Shown: one piece after another, positions 50,783-60,447 of the stretch
How positions within the stretch are numbered: position 1 is the first letter of the stretch
How the letters are laid out: every line of letters begins with the position of its first letter
Source of the DNA: Paramoeba atlantica
Lineage: Eukaryota; Protista; Discosea
Direction of reading: 5' to 3'
Assembly (NCBI GenBank): GCA_977017575.1
Contig: CDRNVI010000144.1
Location: 1 to 64,000, forward strand
Length of the DNA stretch: 64,000 bases
Program-made: the position numbers and the translations under genes
The notes under the pieces: generated by a model
Database searches by the model: none
What the model was told of the DNA's origin: nothing
What the model saw: the letters and a program-made list of their open reading frames with translations, nothing else

Positions 50783-51840
50783 GGGAGTCAAAATCCAGAC
50801 TTTTGATCGATTTATTTTTGGGTTCAATTTTTCATTGGTTCATATTTTTTTTTTAATTTTTTTTGGGGAGTCAAAATCCTTCTGTGACGAGAATTTTGAT
50901 CGATTTATTTTTGGGTTCAATTTTTCATTGGTTCATATTTTTTTTTTTAATTTTTTTGGGGAGTCAAAATCCTTCTGTGACGAAAATTTTGATCAATTTA
51001 TTTTTGGGTTCAATTCTTCATTGGTTCATATTTTTTTTTTTTTAATTTTTTTGGGGAGTCAAAATCCTTCTGTGACGAGAATTTTGATCGATTTATTTTT
51101 GGGTTCAATTCTTCATTGGTTCATATTTTTTTTTTTTTAATTTTTTTTGGGGAGTCAAAATCCTTCTGTGACGAGAATTTTGATCGATTTATTTTCACAC
51201 CAGGCTGGCTAAACCCTATGCACTTTGAGTCATGAATTTATCAATCATCCAAATCAACCCTGTTTATTCCTTTCAAACCTGTAAAAAAAATCATGTCCAT
51301 ATCAGTTTTTTTGGTTTTTTTTTTTGATTCACCACTCTTTTTTGTTTTTTTCTTGTGTTTTGAGTTTCAGAAAAGTTGAAAGATGAGAGAGAAACAAGAT
51401 TTGTTCTTCTTTTTTTCAAGTTTTTTTTGTAAGCTTTGTTGTTTTTTTGGTTTGGGAGTTTTCTTGTATCTTTTTGTGTTTTTTTCTTTCATTTTTTTAT
51501 CTTTTCAAGAGAAAACAAGGTTTTTGTGTTTTTTGAAATTCTAAAAATGAATTTTTTTTTTGTGTTTGGCTGGATTCTGAGTATTTTGTTTTTTGGAATT
51601 CCGAAAAAGAAAGATTGTTTTTCAGAATTCTAATTTTCAAAGGTTTGTTCAAAATTGAGTTGGAACTGTTTATTTGCTAAGGTGGAACTTTTTTTTTGAG
51701 GCCTTGAATGGAAGTGACAGGGTTAGTTTGGATGATTGATAAATTCACAACTCGAGGTGCATAGTTTAGCCAGCCTGGAGTGATGGGTTCAATTCTTGAT
51801 TGGTTCATATTTTTTTTTTTTTTTTTGGAGAGATCAAAAA
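50783..51840. repeat. ~93-96-bp tandem satellite (about 5 units) interrupted by a MITE
   Basis: The unit gggagtcaaaatccttctgtgacgagaattttgatcgatttatttttgggttcaat...ttggttcatattttt starts at 50783, 50865, 50958, 51053 and 51149. The last unit resumes at 51783. Confidence 0.92.
51196..51782. mobile_element. Non-autonomous TIR element (MITE) with CAC...GTG ends
   Basis: ~66-bp terminal inverted repeats, cacaccaggctggctaaac...caaccctgt (51196-51263) and acagggtt...gccagcctggagtg (51717-51782). It splits one satellite unit and has no ORF. Confidence 0.88.
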
Positions 51841-52349
51841 TCCTTCATTTTTTTTCTTTTTTTTTTCTCATATTATTTTTTTTTTATTTAAAGGTGAATT
51901 ATTGAGTGAACTTTATGGATTTCACTTTTCTTCTTGTTATGTTAAGCTGTTTTGCTTTTTCTTCTATTGTATTAATTGAACCTTGTGTTGGTTACTATTA
52001 TCAAAAGAAAGAGAAGAATAGATTAAAATCTTTTCTATTGTATTATTTCCTTTTTTTTTTATGTTTTTTGTTGACCTTTTTTTTGTTTGAATTTTTTTCT
52101 TTTTTCTTTTTTCTTTCTTTAAATCCTTTTTATTTCTTTTTCAACTTGTTTTCTATTTTTTTTTTTTCTTTTTAATTTTTTTCAATTGTTTTTTTTAAAA
52201 AAATAATAAATAATTTTTCAAAATAAATTGAATAAATTTATTTTTTCAATTTTTTTAAGAAACCATTTTCTTTCTCTTACAACCATTTATTTTAAATAAA
52301 AATCTTTTCTTTAAAGAAAAATAAAAAAAAAGAAGAAATTTTAAGTTGC

Positions 52350-52471
52350 AAGAAAACTTAATGTTGCAAAAAGACTTTTTAAAAAAAATATTGATTTAAA
52401 GGGAGTAAAGAGCCTAAACCTATAAAATAATAGGTTGAACTGGGCAAGAGCTATAAACCCTAAACCCTAAA
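52350..52471. repeat. Internal copy of the subtelomeric module, ending in aaaccctaaaccctaaa
   Basis: It aligns with 788-895 in the same orientation, with two perfect telomere units at its right end. Confidence 0.9.
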
Positions 52472-52642
52472 TTAGTTGACAATGAAGACGAGTTGAGACC
52501 GCTTGGATCTCTGTCCACAACAGCTTGGAGCAAACTAGTGAGAGCATCAAACCGCTTTTCCAAGGAAGCAAGACGATCAGCGGGTTGTGGCATCGCCCAT
52601 CACGACCTCATATTCGGTATCAGAATCGTGAGTGTCTGACAT
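52472..52642 (-). pseudogene. 5' fragment of an ORF that runs directly into TTTAGGG repeats
   Basis: ATG at 52642 gives MSDTHDSDTEYEVVMGDATT, then after a frameshift PADRLASLEKRFDALTSLLQAVVDRDPSGLNSSSLSTN, followed by TTAGGGTTTAGGG. It is GC-rich relative to its flanks. Confidence 0.5.
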
Positions 52643-52821
52643 CGTAGTACACAATACGGCCAAACAGAAAAACAAAGGGTAAAAAAGGCACTAGGCAACA
52701 AAAAACCCAATAAACAGAACACAAAAAACCAATAGCGTCAGGCTCATGAACGGAACACAAGAAAACAACGTTCACAAGAACGAAGGAATAAAAAGAAAAG
52801 TGAAAAAGAAAGAAGAAAGAA

Positions 52822-52966
52822 GCGAGAGCGGTGGCACTGGTCGAGATTCCAATCTCAGAGACCAACAGGGTCTGACGTCAGCCACCTTACCAGAAAAAAG
52901 GAGACCTCGGGTGAGGGAAAAGTCACCCTCTACAGGTTACCCTGCTTTCCTAATTGGAAAGCGGCC
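52822..52966 (-). other. GC-rich structured segment with possible pseudoknot
   Basis: Complementary pairs GCTTTCC/GGAAAGC, GGGTGA/TCACCC, CAGGGT/ACCCTG, GGTGGC/GCCACC, TGGTC/GACCA and GAGATT/AATCTC within 145 nt. The strand is inferred. Confidence 0.45.
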
Positions 52967-54867
52967 AAGAAATATCAATTTTTTAGATTCAAAACAAAGA
53001 TTGATCACATATTCCAAAGCCATTGGGATCCTTCAATTACTGTCTCACAAACATAAGCTGAAGGCAGTGTTGTACTCTTGTTGGGGGGGGCTCTTGCATT
53101 GGTATGAGGTCACTTCACTCAATTCGATATTTTTATCATGGGGAGTCGTGATTTTGATGATTTCAATTGCTTGGTGGGTGTGGTTGAGAATGAGAATGTC
53201 TGGTTTGTTTTATTGTCATAATTCCTTCATAGTGATGCAAGGAGACCGGTTATCAATTAGAAGGAGATCATGAGGATACAGACATTTAAACAAGAGGAAG
53301 ACATTTTGAACTTGGTTGTGTCAATGGATTCTGACTGCCTACAGAGAGGACACTTCCCATCACCCTTCTGGTATGATTTCTTTTAAACCACAGTTCGTGG
53401 TCTAAATTATTTCCTGATTTTGTTTTTGGCTGCATTCGAGTTTTTTTTTTGTGTGTGTGTGTTTGGTGTTGTATTTTGAGAAACAGAGTTGAACAGCAGA
53501 GTTATGAAAAGAGGAAGAATTGTAGCAAGAACTTCCGAGAAGAGGAAGAAACAAAAAAATTGGCTGTCAAAGCAAGGAGTGAAAAGAGTCAGCAAAGTGT
53601 CGAAAAATTGTGGTAAATTTGAGAAAATTGTTGTAATTTTTGTGTACAATTGGGCTACATCTGCTTTTATTGTTTATTTTGAACGTTTTTTAGAAGGTAA
53701 TTATGGGAAAGTTTATGGGGGAGGTGCCTGTCTCTAGTTTGCCTACCTTCGAGGTGATTTCAAATGAACTTCCAAGGTCCCAGCTTGCTCCACCATTCGC
53801 AAAATGTGGAAGGACATTGGACAGGACCATCTGAAGTAAGATCAACATCCAATGTACATTACTTGATTCTGCAGTGGTGAACAAGCTGATTGGCTTGGTT
53901 GGATAGAGGGAGAACAGACAAGTAACACCCTGAAAAGAAGCACACAAAGGGTAAGAAAGACGAGGTTTTTATTCCTTTTTTTTCTTCTTCCTCCTCTGCC
54001 TTTTTCCTCTTGTTGACTAGCCAACTTAACAAGCTCCTTGGCAACTCATTTTGCATCTCTCTTTGCAGCAGCTTTCACCTCTTTTTGGGGTCTACTCTCC
54101 TACTTTTGGAGGACAGGGAGTTGAAGGGGGTTGAGGGGTTCCAGACCTCTTGCGGAGGTTATGAGATTGTGCTCAGGCTTTGTTTGGACATCTTTTCTCA
54201 AAATGGCCAATTTCACCACAGACATAACAAGAAGATTTTATACTGCACCATTGCCGCTTTGCTTCCCCATGTTTGTCATACAAGGGAAAAGAGTTAAGAG
54301 TTGAACGAGAGATTACGGGATAATAATTCTTCTGGTCCTGAACAACTTGTCCAACAACAAATGAACCCTGTGTCTTTTTGCCTTTTTGCAGCAGATAACC
54401 ACGCTTGGGCAAACTCAGACTGAGCAACTTTGGATTTAAATAATTCTTGAATTCCTTGCACCAAAATCTTTCTTTTTGCCATTTACCCTTCAACCTCAAT
54501 TTGGTAGAGAGAGAAATTCAATCACATGGAGAGGGTAATTCCATGCCAGTATTGAAATGTGTCTGTCTGCAGCTCTGACAAACCTGAAACCCCAAGGGGA
54601 ATATGCGCATAGCGCCAATTAAAACACTATCTCTTGAAGAGTTAAAACATCTTGCTGCTGAGCTGTTGAGCAACAGGGATGTGTTGTTTTTATAGGGACT
54701 AAACACTTGTGCAGCATCATTTGGTAATTCTTTCCACCATTAAAATGAATAACTGGGAAGCCATTCTCAGTTGAGACTCTGGCTCTCTCTCTAGGTCTAG
54801 ACTCGTGACCATCTCCCACAATATCTCATAGTCAAAGTCCTCTTCTTTCAAGAGAGAATTGTCTTCC

Positions 54868-55259
54868 TGTTATGAACCCTGTTCAGTTGTCTTCTGTTCA
54901 ATTTGATGCCATCTTATTGCTCTACTCCCACCAATTGATCACCGCCCTCTCTTTCCCTCTTTTCCTTTCTGATATTCCCTTTGTTTTATTTTCCCTTTTC
55001 TTGTTTTTCCTGATGTTTATTTTTTTCCTTTCCTGATTTGATTTTGTCCATGTTTCCTTCCACAAAAACACCATTTCTGAATCCTTTTTGTTTCTATCAC
55101 ACCCCCATCTCAACTGTCACTGCTTCCACATTTTCTCTCTTGTTCAAAAGTTCCCTTTGTTTGTTTATCTTGAATAAAACTCACATTTTCGATTTGATCT
55201 TTGGATTGGGTTTCGTTTTTGTTTTGTTTGTCCTTCCGGAGATTTGGTCGATCCTGACA
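54868..55259 (+). mobile_element. Copia solo LTR
   Basis: TGTTATGAACCCTG...CCTGACA; homologous to 55614-56014; flanks CTTCC and CTTTG form an imperfect 5-bp TSD. Confidence 0.85.
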
Positions 55260-55613
55260 CTTTGGGAGGTTCATCATTTTGCTGAAGATCCTTGTCATCG
55301 AGAGAGATATTCCTCTCCTCTGGGGAACTCTGTCTTCAGGAAGAGCTTCTTCCCTTGGGTTGAGCTTCATTTTGGTAGCTTGCTCCAAAGTTGGTTGATT
55401 TTTCGAGATTTTTTCGGTTTGGTGTGTGGATAATCCCAATGATCGCCATGTTGTTACTCTTGATATTTTGTGTTAATGTATGTGGAGGCAAATGATTGAG
55501 AACCAGTACTTGAGTAACTTGCAAGGAAATTGAGGGTAACATTTCATAAGATGGATGAGGTTGTTTGATGATGCCCCTCTTACTGTGGGGTGATAAGGTG
55601 AAAACACTCTTGG

Positions 55614-56014
55614 TGTTACGAACCCTGTTCGGTTGTCTTCTATTCAATTTGATGCCATCCTGTCGCTCCGCTCCTCCGATTGATCACTGCTCTTTCTCTC
55701 TCTCTTTTCCCTTTCTCTGTTGTATTTTTCCCCTTGTATTATTTTCCCTTTTCTTATTTTTCCTGATGTTTATTTTATCCCTTCCTGATTTGATTTTGTC
55801 CTTGTTTCCTTCCACAAAAACGCTGTTTTTGTGTTCCTTTTTATTCTTGTCACGATCACATCTCAACTGTCTTTTCACTGCCCTCACATTTCTCTCTCTT
55901 GAGCAAATGTTCACCTTGTTTGTTTCCTTGAATAAATCTACATTTTCGATTTGATCTTTGGTTTGGCTTTGCTTTTGTTTTGTCTGTCTCTCCTGAGATC
56001 CAGTCGATCTGACA
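55614..56014 (+). mobile_element. Copia solo LTR with perfect 5-bp TSD
   Basis: TGTTACGAACCCTG...TCTGACA, flanked by CTTGG at 55609-55613 and 56015-56019. Confidence 0.93.
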
Positions 56015-56529
56015 CTTGGAAGGGTTTGTGAGGCGAAAGGAAAAAAGAAAACATTTGAATATGGAATTTGATTTGGGAAATGAGTTGGGAAAAAGAATGA
56101 AGGTTGTTTGTTTACTTGTTGTGGTCTTATTTTTGTTTTCTTTGTCTCAAGAAACTCTTTCTTCTTCAAAATCCTTCTTCCTCTTCTTCCTCTTTTTTTT
56201 GAAAGAAAGAGAGGAAATTTCAAATATTTTTTTTGAAAAAACAAAAAAATACAGGAGATGTATCAGAATGTGTGAATTTCGGAACTTGTGGAGAATGAAC
56301 TCGAATGTATTGTTCCAAATGTGATATGTTTATTATTTTTTTTGTGTTTTTTGGTTTTGTAATTGAAAAAAAAACCAAAGAGAGTCAAGCCCGAGTTTTT
56401 AACGTAAAAATCGGTGAGTAGACCTATTAAAAAAACCCCATATTTTTTCAATTCAGATCAGAAAAAAAAGAAATAAATTTTGAATCAATAATTATTCAAC
56501 AATTTTCTTGTGACAAGCAAGAGCAAAGT

Positions 56530-57400
56530 GAAGGGTACAATCATGTTGATTCTCATCTTCATAATACACACCACCAAGAGATTTGAAAGTAGATTTACAC
56601 CAGCCACTCGTACAAAAGCAATTTCTTTATTATTTCTTTGTATCCTCTTGGCTCAACACACAAGGCACTTTCTTCCCATCAACAATTTTTGACCTTCCTC
56701 CACAAGACTTGTTTGTGATCAAAAAGACCTTTTTCAAGAATCAGGTCACTTTTCGAAAATGGTTGTCAGCAACCACTGTTCCGCCCTCAAACAACCAATC
56801 AATTGTTTTGGCAGAGTAAATTAACAAATCTCCATCATACTGCTTTGGAGAGTGAGGCCCACTCACCCACTCAGTTCCTCCTTTGGCATTACAAACTGTT
56901 ACCCATCTTCTTCCTGGAGCCAGTAACTTGTGAGACCACATTTTTTTCCTCTCTTTCTTGGGACCTTGTTTTCCCTTGATTCTAAAGTCACTCGAGTCCA
57001 TCCATAAACAAACATTTTCACAAGGAGGACAGCATTGAGTTTTTGCGGCCAGTTGTTCCACCCTTCTCCGTGAGCTTTGAACCAAGACTGTCTCTTTAGT
57101 GGGTCTAAAACAGGGGCTTGACCCTCAAACCCTTTCTTTTTGCCGCTTTTCCATGTTTTGGTGGTCACTTGGCACACCAATTCATCTTGCGAAAGGTTTT
57201 CATTAAAAGCCTCCTCAATAACCACAAAGGGTTGGGAATATATTTCCCTTTTCCTTTGGCTCTTCCAACACATTGTGGTAATGTCCTGCAACTGCATCTC
57301 AGTCAGCTTTTTTCTGAGCGTTGGGTGAGGATGTGTTTACTGGTTTGGATTCTCTCAATTGCTTGCTGGTAGTTCACACCATTGTGCGTGCTCTCCTCCA
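56530..57400 (-). pseudogene. DDE transposase pseudogene (IS5/PIF-Harbinger/ISL2EU-like, DDE_Tnp_4 type)
   Basis: HTH-like FPTLCGY...FAR*IGVP; LWMDSSDFRI; SGPHSPKQYDGDL; VVADNHF; NKEIAFVRV. It has frameshifts and stops, and no TIRs were found. Confidence 0.75.
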
Positions 57401-57944
57401 TTAAGTAAAAGTCCTCCTGAAGGGAAAAGGCTCGCTCTTTCCCTTTTCCTCTTGTGCTACCTCCCCCTCCTCTTCCTGATTTTTCTCTTTTTTTTTTTGA
57501 TGATCAACTTTTTTCAAACTCTTCTTTAAACTGCAAATTTGTTTCTGAAAGGAGGTGTTGTTGATTTACCAAAACCAAAGAAAGGAGTGATTTATTGTGA
57601 TGTGAACACGACTACTTTGGTACAGACTAAAGAAGGCGTGTCAGAAATATGTTGAATGGACAACTGAAGAGCGGTCCTCAGAAGTCTCACGAAAAGTGAC
57701 AAACTTCCTGATGACATCATCAATGGTGTTCTTTCTTTAGATTCACAGAAGGTCGACTTGGAGGAGACCAAGGGTTGACTTGAAGGAGATTGAGAATTGA
57801 CTTGGAGGAGGAGATCAAGAGTTGGATCAAACAAACAGAGCAGAGAGCCAAGTGTCTTCAGAGTAGCGCACATTGCTCGTGTGCAGATGGTGGTGGTGAT
57901 TCGATTCGATTCGTTTTCTTTATTTTCCTTTGAGGAATGAATCT

Positions 57945-58470
57945 ATAGGGTGAGTGTGAACAGTGATGGGAATCTTTTTATTTGTGAAGATGATGATGAT
58001 GGATTGAGTGTGAGAGATAAAGAAGGAAATGAGACAATTGAATATCAATAAAACAATTGATTCAATTCAGTTGGAATTTTATGATGGTTTCAATTGGATT
58101 GAATGATCTAATTGTTGTTCTTGATTGGTCTCAAGATTCTTTTCAGGTTGTAATCTTAAACAAAGAAGGAGATTTGGTCAAATCTTTTGGATCAAAAGGT
58201 TCTGAAGATGGTCAGTTTGATGAACCATGATGTGGTGTGGGTGTTGTGGATGAAGAAGGTTGAATTATTGTTGCTGATACTTCCCATCATTGAATTCAAG
58301 TGTTTGTTTGATAATGATGGATCTTTTCTTCATTCTTTTGGTTCAGAACATTCTTCTGAAAGGTCAGTTTAACAATTCTTACAATGTTGGTGTTGATGGG
58401 GGGATGGGGATATTGTTGTTTCTGATGATGGGGAGGGTAGAATTATTGTTTGTGATTCAGAAAATGTATT
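57945..58470 (+). pseudogene. NHL-repeat (beta-propeller) pseudogene fragment
   Basis: VSVNSDGNLFIC; GDLVKSFGSKGSEDGQFDEP; DEEG*IIVADTSHH*IQV; FDNDGSFLHSFG. Stops and frameshifts are present. Confidence 0.75.
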
Positions 58471-58752
58471 TTTAGAAAGAAAGAACATTACTTTTTCGTT
58501 TGTTTTCACATGAACAAACCTCATTTTATGGGGTTGTTGTTGATTCATTTTGGATCAATTATTATTTCAGATTTTAAGAAGAATTTAAAATTGAATTGTG
58601 GAACTAATTTGGAAGAGAGGACAGGATTTTTATTATTCTTTTTCATTTTCTCCCTTTTTATTTTCTCTTCTTCAAGAGGGTTTTTGTTTTTTTGATTTTT
58701 TTGATTGATTTTTTTGGTAATCCTTCCTATTTTTTTCACTCTTTTCAACAAA

Positions 58753-58824
58753 TCCCCGATAGTATAGTTGGCAAAATCCCCGCCTGTCACGCGGGAGTCC
58801 CGGGTTCGATTCCCGGTCGGGGAG
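58753..58824 (+). tRNA. tRNA-Asp (GTC)
   Basis: Acceptor TCCCCGA/TCGGGGA; anticodon arm CCCGC-CTGTCAC-GCGGG; T arm CCGGG-TTCGATT-CCCGG. Confidence 0.95.
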
Positions 58825-59659
58825 GATTTTTTTCTCTTTCTTTTTATTTTTATTTTTTTTTGTTCAAAAAGATCAAGTGCTATGGTTTTTTCTTTTTTTC
58901 CTTTTTCTTTTTTTTCTCTCCTCTTCTCTTTTTTTTCTATTTTTATTTTTTGATTCTTTCTCCTTTTTTCTGATTTCTTTGAACTCACATCATGAAAAGG
59001 GTCTCTGTTTTGCAAACTCCAATGTGTGTGACTCTATTTGTTGTGAAGGAAGTTAAATTTTGATCATAGTTCAACTTCAATTGGTTTCTTCTGTTGGAAA
59101 GTGAACAATCACCATCTTCACCCTTGACAACAATCATTCTCTTGCCAACAAAAAATTGAAATTTCGTTTCCAGAGCATAGAGTGTATGAAATCTTTTGTT
59201 TTTTCTGATTCACCAGATCAAAAGTTGTTTGAAAACCTTCCTTTCAATGAGTTGTTTCAAAAATTTTGGTCCATTCTCCAATCTCTTTTTCATGAACATC
59301 AATCTCAAAACTACTTTGTTGTGCAATGGAGGAGGGAGGGCCTTTCAGTTTTTGGAGAAAGTCTTTTATCCTTTTTCTGTTTCTTTCCAAGCAATTTGTT
59401 CCCATCCCCCCCCCAAAAAAGTTCTTTTTTTCTGAGACAGAGTCAGCTAAATTTATTCAGCTCACAAATAGAATTTTAAAGAAATGTCTTCGGGGAATTT
59501 CTCCCCCCCCCCCCCCCCCAAAAAAAAAAGAGAAAAACAGAGAAAACCAAATTTTCCCAAAATGAATTTGAGTGTCACACAAACAAACTTCAATTGGAGC
59601 AAAAGAGTGTTTGAGGAAACTTTTTTCTTTTTTTTTTTGAAAATTAAAAAAAAAAAAAA

Positions 59660-59732
59660 AGCCACTAAAGGGGCTCGAACCCTTGACCACTAGGTTAAAA
59701 GCCTAGCGCTCTATCGACTGAGCTATAGTGGC
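59660..59732 (-). tRNA. tRNA-Lys (TTT)
   Basis: Acceptor GCCACTA/TAGTGGC; anticodon arm CTAGG-CTTTTAA-CCTAG; T arm AAGGG-TTCGAGC-CCCTT. The D loop has GA instead of the usual GG. Confidence 0.92.
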
Positions 59733-59935
59733 ATTTGTTGAAAAAAAAGTCAAATTTTTAGTGTGATGGGGGGGGATTGATTTTGATGGAAGAAGGAAAA
59801 AGAAGAAAAAGATATGCAAACAGAAAAAAAAAAAGATTTTTAATTCCTTCTTGGAGCAAAACAACAAAGACAAAAGAAAACCCATTCAGTCAGCGAGATT
59901 TATCTTTTTTTCAACTTTTTTTTCAAAAAAAAAAT

Positions 59936-60008
59936 TGCTCATTACAGGGATCGAACCTGTGACCTCCGCGTTATTAGCACGGCGCTCTACCGACTAAGTT
60001 AAACGAGC
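59936..60008 (-). tRNA. tRNA-Ile (AAT), with an imperfect D stem
   Basis: Acceptor GCTCGTT/AATGAGC; anticodon arm CCGTG-CTAATAA-CGCGG; T arm ACAGG-TTCGATC-CCTGT. The D stem is ACTT/GAGC rather than GCTC/GAGC. Confidence 0.88.
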
Positions 60009-60264
60009 ATTTCTGAAAAATGACCCAATTTTTTGGCTTTCCAGCCAGAAAAATTTCTGGAGAAACAGAAAAACAAAGTGAAAAAACAAAGAAAAGAGCA
60101 GAAAAAGGAAAAAAACAAAAATGAAAAAAGTGATTGGAGAAAATGAAGGTGAAAATCACTTTTTATTGTTAATTGACTCCATTTTTTTTTCTTTTTCAAG
60201 GGAAGGGAAAATCTTTTCAAAAGTAAAATCGAATGATTTTTTTTCATTCAAAAAAAAATAATAG

Positions 60265-60447
60265 ATGTTAATTACGTGTGAGAAAAATGGACTTTAATCG
60301 TCGAGGGTGCTTTTTGCCTCGAGACTTGGATTCTGACGTCGAGGTCCATCAACTTGTTGATGGACAGAGACCCAAAGAATCCAAGTCGAGAAAGGAAAAA
60401 AGCACCAGAGACTTGATTGACCATTTTTCTCACACGTGATTCAACAT
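60265..60447. other. ~180-bp interrupted palindrome (fold-back) immediately left of the recombinase unit
   Basis: Nested pairs: acgtgtgagaaaaatgg/ccatttttctcacacgt, ggtgcttttt/aaaaagcacc, gacttggattct/agaatccaagtc and gtccatcaac/gttgatggac with a 2-nt loop. Confidence 0.92.

Larger units (their letters stand above)
53000..56250 (-). mobile_element. Decayed non-LTR retrotransposon with gag-like zinc knuckle and restriction-like endonuclease (RLE); no RT recognised
   Basis: CYVCGEIGHFEKRC (ORF 54173-54499); KCPLCRQSESI (~53325-53355); KPDILILNHTHQAIEIIKITTPHDKNI...VIEGSQW (53206 to ~53010), matching the PD...(D/E) RLE motif. The 5' boundary is uncertain. Confidence 0.65.

Noticed and set aside
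50783-51195. Regularly spaced repeats that might suggest a CRISPR array
   Set aside because: The whole ~95-bp unit repeats, with no unique spacers; the context is eukaryotic and there are no cas genes.
52850-52895. tRNA or tRNA-derived SINE on the minus strand (TGGTAAGGTGGCTGAC...)
   Set aside because: There is no cloverleaf, no TTCRA T loop and no acceptor stem; it is kept only as a structured-RNA candidate.
54874-56014. Initially read as a tandem repeat within the non-LTR ORF1
   Set aside because: TG...CA ends, a CTTGG TSD and homology to the subtelomeric Copia LTR show these are solo LTRs.
56380-57990. Terminal inverted repeats for the DDE transposase
   Set aside because: I could not find a convincing inverted pair by eye, so the element ends are left undefined.
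58864-58885. aagatcaagtg resembling U2 snRNA
   Set aside because: It is only an 11-nt match within T/A-rich sequence, with no flanking U2 stems or Sm site.
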